Shown piece after piece: positions 30,849-40,080 of a stretch of DNA of 64,000 nucleotides (the first letter of the stretch is position 1; every line of letters begins with the position of its first letter). Position numbers and translations under genes: made by a program. Below the pieces are notes generated by a model. The model was given only the letters and a program-made list of their open reading frames with translations. It had not been told where the DNA came from and made no database searches. This stretch comes from Candidatus Cyclobacteriaceae bacterium M2_1C_046 (GTDB lineage Bacteria > Bacteroidota > Bacteroidia > Cytophagales > Cyclobacteriaceae). The stretch is from NCBI GenBank assembly GCA_051418055.1, contig JBPRGH010000136.1:24507-88506 (forward strand). Reading direction: 5' to 3'.

Positions 30849-32435
30849 TTGAGTAATGAATTAATTATTAATGGTACTCAAAATGGATATCGCATTGCCC
30901 TGCTGAAAGACAAAAACCTGATTGAAATACATCAGGAAGATAACGAAGAAAAATTTACGGTTGGAGACATTTACCTGGGCAAGGTAAAAAAAATTGTTCA
31001 GGGGCTAAATGCGGCCTTTATTGACATTGGTCATGAAAAAGATGCCTTTTTGCATTATCTTGACCTGGGGCCGAATTTCAACTCATTAAAAGAATACACT
31101 CGTCGTTTAAAAACCGTAAAAGGAGCTTCCAGCAAGCTGGAAAAGTTCAAGTTAAAACCTGAAATAAATAAACACGGAAAAATTTCCGATGTACTTAATA
31201 AAAACCAGCAGATACTGGTTCAGGTTGTAAAAGAACCTATTTCCACAAAAGGGCCACGATTATCCTGTGAGATTTCCATTCCGGGAAGGTATCTGGTATT
31301 AGTGCCTTTCTCAAATGCAGTAAACGTTTCAAAAAAGATCGCAAGTAGCGACGAAAGGAAACGTCTTGTCCGTTTAGTTTCATCAATTAAGCCAGAGAAT
31401 TATGGCGTGATCATCCGTACAGTTGCCGAAGGCAAGGATGTACGTGAGCTTGATACAGATCTGCGAAATTCTGTTAAAATTTGGGAGGAAGGCATAAAGG
31501 ATTTGCCTCAGGCCCAAACCAGAGATAAGATTATTGGTGAAATGAGCAAAGCGTCAGCATTATTACGTGATGTGCTGAATGAATCTTTTGACAGTGTCTA
31601 TATCGATGACAAAAAATTATTCGATGAAGTAAGGGATTACATCCATTCTATAGCTCCGGCTAAAGAAAAGATCGTAAAGTTTTATAATGGCAAAGAAAAG
31701 ATATTTGAAAACTTTGGTGTTGAAAAACAGATAAAAGCAGCTTTTGGTCAATCGGTAAGCCTTAAACGTGGAGGCTATCTCATAATTGAGCATACTGAGG
31801 CACTTCATGTTATTGATGTCAACAGTGGTAATAAATCCAACAGAGAAGAAGATCAGGAAACAACAGCTTTGTCTGTAAATATCGAAGCGGCAAAGGAAAT
31901 AGCACGCCAGCTGAGGCTCCGTGATATGGGCGGTATTATTGTGGTGGACTTTATTGATATGCGTAAGGCAGACAATAAAAAACAGATCTATAAGATCATG
32001 AGAGATGAAATGTCATCCGACAGATCTAAGCACACTGTACTTCCGCTGTCTAAATTTGGCTTAATGCAAATCACCAGGCAGCGTGTAAGGCCGGAAATGA
32101 ATATTGCAACTAAAGAAGTGTGCCCGACTTGTTATGGTACAGGTAAAATTAGCGCATCCCTTTTAGTAGCCGATGAAATTGAGCGACATGTTGACCATCT
32201 GTTAAGGAAACAGAATGAAAAAGGTTTAACTCTGGCAGTTCATCCGTTCCTATATGCCTTTTTCACAAAAGGTCTGGTTTCAAAAAGGGTGGATTGGTTT
32301 TTAAAATATTTTAAGTGGGTAAATATTGTGGAGGATTCCTCACTGCCCGTTACAGAATTTAAATTTATCAATAAAGCTGACGAAGAAATAGAAATCCCGG
32401 GCTTCCAAAGTGAATTAGCTCCAAAAGAAGAGTAG
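30849..32435 (+). CDS. rng: Ribonuclease E/G family protein (TTG start)
   Basis: S1 domain (GDIYLGKVKKIVQGLNAAFIDIG), the catalytic region (HVIDVNSG...GGIIVVDFIDM) and a Zn-link CPTCYGTG. The family-typical N-terminus requires TTG at 30849. Confidence 0.9.
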   Translation: MSNELIINGTQNGYRIALLKDKNLIEIHQEDNEEKFTVGDIYLGKVKKIVQGLNAAFIDIGHEKDAFLHYLDLGPNFNSLKEYTRRLKTVKGASSKLEKFKLKPEINKHGKISDVLNKNQQILVQVVKEPISTKGPRLSCEISIPGRYLVLVPFSNAVNVSKKIASSDERKRLVRLVSSIKPENYGVIIRTVAEGKDVRELDTDLRNSVKIWEEGIKDLPQAQTRDKIIGEMSKASALLRDVLNESFDSVYIDDKKLFDEVRDYIHSIAPAKEKIVKFYNGKEKIFENFGVEKQIKAAFGQSVSLKRGGYLIIEHTEALHVIDVNSGNKSNREEDQETTALSVNIEAAKEIARQLRLRDMGGIIVVDFIDMRKADNKKQIYKIMRDEMSSDRSKHTVLPLSKFGLMQITRQRVRPEMNIATKEVCPTCYGTGKISASLLVADEIERHVDHLLRKQNEKGLTLAVHPFLYAFFTKGLVSKRVDWFLKYFKWVNIVEDSSLPVTEFKFINKADEEIEIPGFQSELAPKEE

Positions 32436-32500
32436 GTTTACAGGATAATTAGGAGCGTCTATTATATCAGTATAAAATATAAAAGCAGGTGAAGAAGATA

Positions 32501-33676
32501 TTAATTATCTGATTTCGCCTGCTTTTCTACTATTTGCACAAAAGTTTTCTCCCAGTCCTTTAGGTTAAACTTTTCGCGGGCTAATTTCAGGGCATTGTGC
32601 TGAGCTTCTTTAAGTTTGCTCATATCCCTTAGAAGAGGACTTAATTTTTCTATAAAATCTTTAGGATCTTCCGGGTCATAGTTAAACCCACAGCTGTATT
32701 TGCCGGTAAGATCAGAAAGCCAGCCACCGAAGTTTAAAATTATGAGTTTTCCTGATGCCAAACCATCAAAAAATTTATTAGGACTGCCGGTTTCCAGTAC
32801 AGGAAGTTTTCTATACGACACATAGATGGCATGACTATTAGTAAGCACTCTCTTAACCTCTTCTTTATTACCGAAAGGAATGAAAAAAATGTTTTTTATG
32901 CCATCGTCTTTCACTTTAATTTTTAGCTTCTCGTAAGCAGCTCCTCTTCCCATAAGATAAAAATGGACTTTCAACTCCCGCCTTTGCGCTTCTAATGCGG
33001 CATTAAGAAAATACTCAAGACCGTTAGCTCTGCCGATGGCGCCTGTATAGCTGATTATAAACGGCTCTGGTGGAATAAATTTCTCTTTATAAAAGAAATC
33101 TATATCAGAGAAATTAGGAACATAAAATACAGGTCTGGTGGTGCGCTGCTTTATGGTAGAAACAATATAAGGAGACAAACCTATAACCCCCGATGAATTT
33201 GCATATATACTTTTTTCCAGAAAATGTGCCAGGTGTGGTGCAAAGGGATAATTTAAGGCCCCCATTGCTAGGGGTGCATCAGGCCAAAGATCTCCCACCT
33301 CAAAGAGATATGGAACCTTCTTTTGCTTTAATAACCAATAACCGATTATGCCACTGGTAAGGGGAGTGGAAATACAATAGCAATAATTAAACTGAGAAAC
33401 GAATGATTTTCTTCTGCAATAGTTGATCGCTTTAAGAACAAATGCAAGATAGGAGATTATCCTTCGCGGAAAGGACATTTTGTTGGAATAGGAGACAGGA
33501 AGATAATGAACTTCCAGGGCATCAATATTTTTAATTTTGGATTTTTTAAAATTCTTCCTGCTTAAAACCGTTACTTTATGACCAGCTTTTAATAATGCCT
33601 GCCCGAGATAATATGAGCGTACTGCCCCTCCTTCATCAGGATAGCGAAAATGTTGATGAATAATTAAGAAATTCAT
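32501..33676 (-). CDS. Glycosyltransferase family 4 (GT-B fold)
   Basis: N-terminal EGGAVRSYYLGQALLKAGHKVTVL pattern and a C-terminal GT1/GT4-like half. Its ATG overlaps the nth stop by 4 nt. Confidence 0.8.
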   Translation of the reverse strand: MNFLIIHQHFRYPDEGGAVRSYYLGQALLKAGHKVTVLSRKNFKKSKIKNIDALEVHYLPVSYSNKMSFPRRIISYLAFVLKAINYCRRKSFVSQFNYCYCISTPLTSGIIGYWLLKQKKVPYLFEVGDLWPDAPLAMGALNYPFAPHLAHFLEKSIYANSSGVIGLSPYIVSTIKQRTTRPVFYVPNFSDIDFFYKEKFIPPEPFIISYTGAIGRANGLEYFLNAALEAQRRELKVHFYLMGRGAAYEKLKIKVKDDGIKNIFFIPFGNKEEVKRVLTNSHAIYVSYRKLPVLETGSPNKFFDGLASGKLIILNFGGWLSDLTGKYSCGFNYDPEDPKDFIEKLSPLLRDMSKLKEAQHNALKLAREKFNLKDWEKTFVQIVEKQAKSDN

Positions 33677-34326
33677 TCCCGGGGGACCAGATTTTTATTG
33701 TAATACCTGCAAATATGCGTGATGGGGCAAATAGAGCATTTCGGGTTTCGGGCAATGCAAATGTAACGGCCATGAAGGATCAACCAATGGTGTGCCCTGT
33801 GAATATATTCGTCAGGAATGTTTTTAACCAGCTGCTTTTCTACAGCCAGGGGGGTAGGAGCATTTTGATTTACCAGCCCCAGTCTTTTTGAAACCCTAAA
33901 AACATGAGTATCCACAGCCATTTTTGGCTGTTCATAAATTACTGAAGCTACAACATTTGCTGTTTTGCGGCCAACCCCTGGAAGCTTTTGTAGCTCCTTA
34001 ACATCAGAGGGTATATCGCCTCCAAAATCATGCACCAGCATTTTTGCCATTCCAATCAGGTGTTTCGCCTTATTATTTGGGTAAGAAACCGATTTAATAT
34101 AAGGCTGCACCTCATCAAAATGACTATGGGCGAGATGCTCAGCCGTAGGAAAAGCTTTAAATAAAGCAGGAGTAACTAAATTAACCCTTTTATCCGTGCA
34201 TTGAGCACTCAATATCACAGCAATCAGGAGCTGGTACGGATTTTCATAATGTAATTCCGTCTCAGCCTCAGGCTGATGTGTAGTAAAATATTCTAAAAAA
34301 GCTTTATACCTTTCTTTCCTCTGCAT
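33673..34326 (-). CDS. nth: Endonuclease III
   Basis: HhH motif LPGVGRKTANVV, catalytic region, and the 4Fe-4S cluster C-x6-C-x2-C-x5-C (CIARNPKCSICPITHIC). Confidence 0.95.
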   Translation of the reverse strand: MQRKERYKAFLEYFTTHQPEAETELHYENPYQLLIAVILSAQCTDKRVNLVTPALFKAFPTAEHLAHSHFDEVQPYIKSVSYPNNKAKHLIGMAKMLVHDFGGDIPSDVKELQKLPGVGRKTANVVASVIYEQPKMAVDTHVFRVSKRLGLVNQNAPTPLAVEKQLVKNIPDEYIHRAHHWLILHGRYICIARNPKCSICPITHICRYYNKNLVPRE

Positions 34327-34328
34327 CC

Positions 34329-34565
34329 TTACAATTTAGGATGCAAATTAAAGGATTTAGAATAAGAAATTATATTATCAATTACTTTTTGTGAGGGTGC
34401 TATTGCTGCTCTATCCAGCTTGCACTGCAATTCGAGTAGCTCCTGCACTTCATCTCTTAAAAAGTCGTCCTTAAGTAAAGCATCTTCAAATGCTTTTTCT
34501 TCTTTTTCACTAAACTCGCCATATACATAAAGAATGGCATCACTCTGGGTAAAAGTTTTGGTCAT
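34329..34565 (-). CDS. Small soluble protein resembling an anti-sigma N-terminal domain without zinc ligands or TM segment
   Basis: It overlaps the sigma gene end by 26 nt. LYVYGEFSEKEEKAFEDALLKDDFLRDEVQEL mimics the YLDGELs..e....E.HL..C..C..EL pattern of anti-sigma domains. Confidence 0.45.
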   Translation of the reverse strand: MTKTFTQSDAILYVYGEFSEKEEKAFEDALLKDDFLRDEVQELLELQCKLDRAAIAPSQKVIDNIISYSKSFNLHPKL

Positions 34566-35148
34566 AAGCAGTATGATTTGTTTTCATTTTCTTCCTCAGA
34601 TTAATGAGCGCATAACGCATCCTACCTAAGGCAGTATTTATACTAACCCCTGTCATATCCGCAATTTCCTTAAAGCTCATGTCCATGTAATGGCGCATGA
34701 CAAGAACCTCCCTTTGGTTATCAGGTAGCTCCTTTATTAAATCACGTATTCGGGAATGAGTTTCTTTTTTAATTTGAGTCTCTTCATAAGAGTCTTCAGC
34801 GAAATCCATGTTGTTAAATACAAACGACCCATCTTCCATAATTATTTCAGGATATCTTTTTGATTTTCTGAAATGATCGATAGCAAGATTATGAGCAATA
34901 CGAACGATCCAGGGAAGAAATTTTCCCTCTTCGTTATATCTTCCAGCCCTGATAGTCTTAATTGCTTTTACACATGTTTCCTGAAGCAAATCCTCCGCCA
35001 CATACCGGTCTTTTACGATTAGATAGATAGTTGAAAAAATCTTGCTGTGATGCCTGTTTAAAAGTTCTTCAAACGCAGATTCATTTCCACTGCGGTAACT
35101 CGACACCAACTTTTTGTCACTGATCTTGTACTTCTCCATTAAGTTCAC
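34540..35148 (-). CDS. Sigma-70 family (ECF-type) RNA polymerase sigma factor
   Basis: Region 2 (DLLQETCVKAI...FLPWIVRIAHNLAIDHFRK) and region 4 (QREVLVMRHYMDMSFKEIADMTGVSINTALGRMRYA). Confidence 0.9.
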   Translation of the reverse strand: MNLMEKYKISDKKLVSSYRSGNESAFEELLNRHHSKIFSTIYLIVKDRYVAEDLLQETCVKAIKTIRAGRYNEEGKFLPWIVRIAHNLAIDHFRKSKRYPEIIMEDGSFVFNNMDFAEDSYEETQIKKETHSRIRDLIKELPDNQREVLVMRHYMDMSFKEIADMTGVSINTALGRMRYALINLRKKMKTNHTAYDQNFYPE

Positions 35149-35376
35149 ATATTAGTTAACGTAGAGGTTTATATCATATTGTATCGTTTAGAGTGAAACA
35201 TATTAAAGTGTAATATCAAATATAATGTTAAAAAACAGATATTTCAAATACAATTTGCTCTTCTTTTTGTTACAAACAATAAGTTGCAGAAATAGTCGTT
35301 GAAATTATTTTTTCAATTGTTATTTTGCATTTAAAATTCATTTGTTAGTTTAAGCCCCTGAAATTAAAATTACAAC

Positions 35377-35679
35377 ATGCAAAAAAATCGGGTGATCAAA
35401 AGTTATGAGAATCTCAGCCCAGAATTAAGGGCTGTTCTTCGCAAGCGTTATCCAGAGGGTTTTGAAGACCACCTTATGCGAATTATGAACGCAAAAAATG
35501 AGCCAATCTTTGTTGTGCCACTGGAAACGGAAGATACGATGTACTTAATAAAAGTCTCAGTATCGCGAAATAGTGAGGGAGAGTATGATATTGATAGTGG
35601 GATGGAAGAAAAAGATGAGTTTGATGAGAGTGCAGTGGATCATGAACCATCCGAAGAGCCAGACTTTGATGAAGATTAA
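35377..35679 (+). CDS. Small protein with acidic C-terminus, unknown function
   Basis: 100-aa ORF followed by a strong hairpin terminator. No recognised family. Confidence 0.5.
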   Translation: MQKNRVIKSYENLSPELRAVLRKRYPEGFEDHLMRIMNAKNEPIFVVPLETEDTMYLIKVSVSRNSEGEYDIDSGMEEKDEFDESAVDHEPSEEPDFDED

Positions 35680-35705
35680 TAATATACTTTAACTTTGTAT
35701 AATTC

Positions 35706-35742
35706 AAACACTACCTTGAATATCCTGGTAGTGTTTTTTTTT
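35706..35742 (+). terminator. Intrinsic terminator / leader hairpin ending 5 nt before the uvrA ATG
   Basis: Perfect 10-bp inverted repeat AAACACTACC / GGTAGTGTTT with an 11-nt loop, followed by a T-run. Confidence 0.55.
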
Positions 35743-35746
35743 AAAA

Positions 35747-38539
35747 ATGGGAGCAGAGAAGTTGAATATAGAAAATCTTGATCCAAGGCATCATATCATT
35801 ATAAAAGGTGCCAGGGTTAATAATCTGAAGAATATTAATGTAGCCATTCCGCGAAATAAGCTGGTGGTGATTACCGGCTTATCGGGATCAGGGAAATCTT
35901 CCCTGGCTTTTGATACATTATTTGCCGAAGGACAGAGAATGTACGTGGAAAGCCTGAGCAGCTATGCACGGCAGTTTTTAGGAAGACTTGAAAAACCGGA
36001 AGTTGATTATATACGAGGTGTATCTCCGGCAGTAGCTATCGAACAGAAGGTAAATACCCGCAATCCACGCTCCACAGTAGGGACCACCACTGAGATCTAT
36101 GATTACCTGAAGCTATTGTTTGCCCGTATAGGAAAAACCTACTCTCCTGTGAGTAGTGAATTGGTGACAAAAGATTCGGTTACTGATGTAGTTAATAAGC
36201 TTAACTCATTTCCGAAGGAAACAAAAGTGACTATTGCATGTCCGTTGAAGATACGAGATAAGCGCTCGATAAAGGAAGAGCTTAATATTTTGTTGAGTAA
36301 AGGTTTTACCAGAATATTAAAAGACGGAGGGGTTATATTTATTGAAGACGAGCTGCAGGAAAAAAAATTTGGAAATGATTATGAGATCTTAATAGATCGT
36401 GCCGTAACCGATCCTGATGATGAGGATACGCAGTACAGACTGGCGGATTCGATACAAACAGCATTTTTTGAAGGCGAAGGAGAGTGTACCATACATATTG
36501 CAGGGGAAGGAAACTATAAGTTTTCTGACAAATTCGAAAAGGATGGAATAAGGTTTGAAGAGCCCTCGGTCCATTTTTTCAGCTTTAATAACCCATTTGG
36601 TGCATGCAGGACCTGTGAGGGTTTTGGAAAAATATTAGGTATCGATGAAGATCTTGTGATCCCCGATCGAAGCCTTTCCATATATGAAGGGGCCATTGCG
36701 CCATGGAGAAGCGAAAGGATGCAGAAATGGGTGGAGCCGCTTATAAAGAATGGGATACGGTTTGATTTTCCCATACATCGTGAAGTGAATGAACTGACAA
36801 AGAAAGAATATCAGCTTCTGTGGACCGGTAATAAATATTTTGATGGCCTCAACGCCTTTTTTAAGTATCTGGAGTCTAAAACCCATAAGATCCAGTATAG
36901 AGTAATGCTTTCCCGGTATCGTGGTCGTACAGTATGTCCTGATTGTAAAGGTACCAGGTTAAGAAAAGATGCTTCGTATGTAAAAGTGGGAGATCATTCA
37001 ATAACAGACCTTGTATTAATGCCTGTCGAACAGGTACTGGATTATTTCAAAAATTTAAACCTGGAAAAGCATGAGCTAAAAATAGCTGATCGCCTAATTA
37101 TAGAAATAAAGAGCAGGCTCGGATATCTTGAACAGGTTGGCCTGAGCTACCTGACCTTAAACAGATTAACCTCTTCTCTGTCAGGAGGTGAGTATCAGCG
37201 TATAAAATTGGCTACCTCCCTTGGAAGTGCCCTTGTGGGGTCTATGTATATCCTTGATGAACCGAGTATAGGGCTCCATCCGAGAGATACGCAGCAGCTT
37301 ATTAAAGTTTTAAAGCATCTGCGGGATCTTGGTAATACTGTAGTGGTGGTAGAGCATGAAGAGGAAATAATGAAGGCAGCAGATCAAATTATAGATATTG
37401 GACCTAATGCCGGCGCTCATGGCGGTGAGCTTGTTTATCAGGGGACAATAGCTGAAATGAATGGAGATGTTTCTACTCATACCACGAGATTTTTAAAAGG
37501 AGAGGATAAAATTGATATTCCGAAATCCAGAAGGAAATGGAAAGACAGCATTACCATTCATGGAGCCAGAGAGAATAATTTAAAAAATGTTACAGTCCAA
37601 TTTCCGCTGGGTGTATTAACAACAGTTACAGGAGTTTCCGGCTCAGGGAAATCCACTTTAATAAATTCTGTTTTATTTCCTGGAGTTTCAAAACTTTTAG
37701 GTTTAGGGGGAGACAGCACAGGCAAACATGATAAAATCACCGGTGATTTTCAGCAATTGAGCGGCCTGGAATATGTGAACCAGAATCCAATCGGTAAATC
37801 TTCCCGGTCAAATCCGGTTACTTATGTGAAAGCTTATGATGGCATTCGCCAGCTATTTGCCGATCAGCAGTTGAGCCATCAGCGGGGATATAAACCCTCA
37901 CATTTTTCCTTTAATGTTGATGGTGGACGATGTGATGTGTGTCAGGGAGAAGGTACTCAAAAGATTGAAATGCAGTTTATGGCTGACATCTACCTGACCT
38001 GTGAAGCCTGTAAAGGGGCTCGTTTTAAACAGGAGGTTTTAGATGTGACTTACAGGGACAAGAATATTTCGGAGGTCCTTGATCTGACTGTTGAAGAATC
38101 AATTGAATTTTTTAAAGATATTAATTCTGTGGTTTCTAAATTGCTGCCATTATTTGAAGTAGGCCTGGGATATATCCGTTTAGGGCAATCATCAAATTCA
38201 TTAAGCGGCGGGGAAGCCCAGCGTGTGAAGCTGGCCTCTTACTTAGGAAAGGGCTCTAATAAAGATAAGATGCTATTCATTTTTGATGAACCAACAACCG
38301 GGCTTCATTTCCATGACATAGATAAATTATTAACCTCTATAAATGCACTGGTTGAGCAGGGTCATTCTGTGATAATTATAGAACATAACATCGAAATTAT
38401 TAAATCTGCGGATTGGATAATAGATCTTGGCCCAGAGGGAGGAGATAAGGGCGGAAGTATCCTTTTTGAAGGCACTCCTGAAGAAATGATAAAACAGAAT
38501 AAGGGTTACACAGTTAAATATCTGAAAGATAAGTTGTGA
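35747..38539 (+). CDS. uvrA: Excinuclease ABC subunit A
   Basis: Two ABC ATPase modules ([20 protein letters not shown]), zinc modules ([24 protein letters not shown]...CEACKG) and LSGGE signatures. Confidence 0.97.
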   Translation: MGAEKLNIENLDPRHHIIIKGARVNNLKNINVAIPRNKLVVITGLSGSGKSSLAFDTLFAEGQRMYVESLSSYARQFLGRLEKPEVDYIRGVSPAVAIEQKVNTRNPRSTVGTTTEIYDYLKLLFARIGKTYSPVSSELVTKDSVTDVVNKLNSFPKETKVTIACPLKIRDKRSIKEELNILLSKGFTRILKDGGVIFIEDELQEKKFGNDYEILIDRAVTDPDDEDTQYRLADSIQTAFFEGEGECTIHIAGEGNYKFSDKFEKDGIRFEEPSVHFFSFNNPFGACRTCEGFGKILGIDEDLVIPDRSLSIYEGAIAPWRSERMQKWVEPLIKNGIRFDFPIHREVNELTKKEYQLLWTGNKYFDGLNAFFKYLESKTHKIQYRVMLSRYRGRTVCPDCKGTRLRKDASYVKVGDHSITDLVLMPVEQVLDYFKNLNLEKHELKIADRLIIEIKSRLGYLEQVGLSYLTLNRLTSSLSGGEYQRIKLATSLGSALVGSMYILDEPSIGLHPRDTQQLIKVLKHLRDLGNTVVVVEHEEEIMKAADQIIDIGPNAGAHGGELVYQGTIAEMNGDVSTHTTRFLKGEDKIDIPKSRRKWKDSITIHGARENNLKNVTVQFPLGVLTTVTGVSGSGKSTLINSVLFPGVSKLLGLGGDSTGKHDKITGDFQQLSGLEYVNQNPIGKSSRSNPVTYVKAYDGIRQLFADQQLSHQRGYKPSHFSFNVDGGRCDVCQGEGTQKIEMQFMADIYLTCEACKGARFKQEVLDVTYRDKNISEVLDLTVEESIEFFKDINSVVSKLLPLFEVGLGYIRLGQSSNSLSGGEAQRVKLASYLGKGSNKDKMLFIFDEPTTGLHFHDIDKLLTSINALVEQGHSVIIIEHNIEIIKSADWIIDLGPEGGDKGGSILFEGTPEEMIKQNKGYTVKYLKDKL

Positions 38540-38605
38540 TAAGTTACAATTATTATTTGGTATCTTTCAGTTTTAAGCACATAAATACCTAAAAATCAAA
38601 TACCT

Positions 38606-39961
38606 ATGGCCGACGTAGAATTAATTGAAAAAGTTAAACAAAAAAACCCCGGAGAACCGGAATTTCACCAGGCTGCCGAAGAAGTTATTTCCACAATTCA
38701 GCCGGTACTTGAAAAAAACCCCAAATATAGAGAGAGTAAAATGCTGGAGCGTATGCTTGAGCCAGAGCGAATGATCAGCTTTCGCATCACCTGGATGGAC
38801 GACAAGGGTGAGGTGCAGATCAACCGTGGTTACAGGGTACAAATGAATAGCGCTCTCGGCCCATATAAAGGAGGTTTAAGATTCCACCCTTCCGTATATC
38901 CGGGTATACTTAAATTTCTTGCTTTTGAGCAGACGTTTAAAAATGCATTGACAGGACTTCCTCTTGGGGGCGGAAAAGGAGGCTCTGATTTTAATCCTAA
39001 AGGAAAATCAGATGCCGAGGTAATGAGGTTCTGCCAGGCTTTTATGGATGAGCTTTATCGTCATATCGGGCATCGTACAGATGTTCCAGCAGGAGACATA
39101 GGTGTAGGCGGCAGAGAAGTTGGTTTTATGTTTGGTCAGTACAAAAAGCTTCAAAATCAGTTTACCGGTGTATTTACCGGTAAAGGTGTTGGCTGGGGTG
39201 GTAGTATCCTCAGGACCGAAGCAACCGGATATGGGCTCATTTATTTTGCACAAAACATGCTTAATAAAAGAAATGACACTATAAAAGGTAAAGTATGCTT
39301 GGTTTCCGGTTCGGGAAATGTAGCTCAACATGCCATTGAAAAAATCATTCAATTTGGAGGAAAGGCTGTAACAGCCTCTGATTCATCCGGATATATTTAT
39401 GATGAGACTGGGATTACAGTTGAAAAGCTGGAATTTATTAAGGAGTTAAAGAATAAACGCCGGGGCCGTATTAAAGAATATGCTGAAGAATTTAAAAATA
39501 TCCAGTATGTAGAAAACACTCCGGACGAGAAGTTTAATCCGCTATGGGATATAAAAGCAGACTGTGCTTTCCCTTGCGCAACACAGAATGAAATTAATGC
39601 AAAAGATGCCGCGAATCTCGTGAAAAATGGAGTTTTTCTTGTTGGAGAAGGCGCAAATATGCCGCTAACATTAGAAGCTACGGAAATTATGCTGGACAAT
39701 AACGTCCTGTATTCACCGGGCAAAGCATCTAATGCGGGAGGTGTAGCTACTTCGGGGATAGAGATGATGCAGAATTATATGGGAAGCTATTGGAGCGCTG
39801 AAGAGGTAGACCAGAAGCTTCAGGGAATCATGAAAAATATTCATGATAATTGCCTTGCTGCTGCCGAGGAATATGGTAGCCCGGGTAATTATATGGCCGG
39901 GGCAAATATTGCAGGATTCCTTCAGGTTGCAAATGCCATGACTTCGCAGGGGCTTATATAG
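38606..39961 (+). CDS. gdhA: NADP-specific glutamate dehydrogenase
   Basis: GPYKGGLRFHP, LPLGGGKGG and the Rossmann GSGNVAQ. The length is typical of hexameric GDH. Confidence 0.95.
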   Translation: MADVELIEKVKQKNPGEPEFHQAAEEVISTIQPVLEKNPKYRESKMLERMLEPERMISFRITWMDDKGEVQINRGYRVQMNSALGPYKGGLRFHPSVYPGILKFLAFEQTFKNALTGLPLGGGKGGSDFNPKGKSDAEVMRFCQAFMDELYRHIGHRTDVPAGDIGVGGREVGFMFGQYKKLQNQFTGVFTGKGVGWGGSILRTEATGYGLIYFAQNMLNKRNDTIKGKVCLVSGSGNVAQHAIEKIIQFGGKAVTASDSSGYIYDETGITVEKLEFIKELKNKRRGRIKEYAEEFKNIQYVENTPDEKFNPLWDIKADCAFPCATQNEINAKDAANLVKNGVFLVGEGANMPLTLEATEIMLDNNVLYSPGKASNAGGVATSGIEMMQNYMGSYWSAEEVDQKLQGIMKNIHDNCLAAAEEYGSPGNYMAGANIAGFLQVANAMTSQGLI

Positions 39962-39980
39962 TTATATTTTTGAAATATTT

Positions 39981-40025
39981 AAAAAGCTGATGATTCTTAC
40001 ATAAATAAATCATCAGCTTTTTTTG
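39981..40025 (+). terminator. Intrinsic terminator downstream of gdhA
   Basis: aaaaAGCTGATGATT...AATCATCAGCTttttttt: a long perfect inverted repeat plus a T-run. Confidence 0.7.
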
Positions 40026-40080
40026 TTATTAATATATTCGGCGGTTAACTAACTTGCTATTCGCTTTGTATTTTTAAATT

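Noticed and set aside
32485-32535. Imperfect inverted repeat (aaagcaggtg ... cgcctgcttt) between rng and the GT4 gene, considered as a possible terminator
   Set aside because: The stem has a mismatch, the loop is about 26 nt, and one arm lies inside the GT4 coding end. The evidence is too weak to call.
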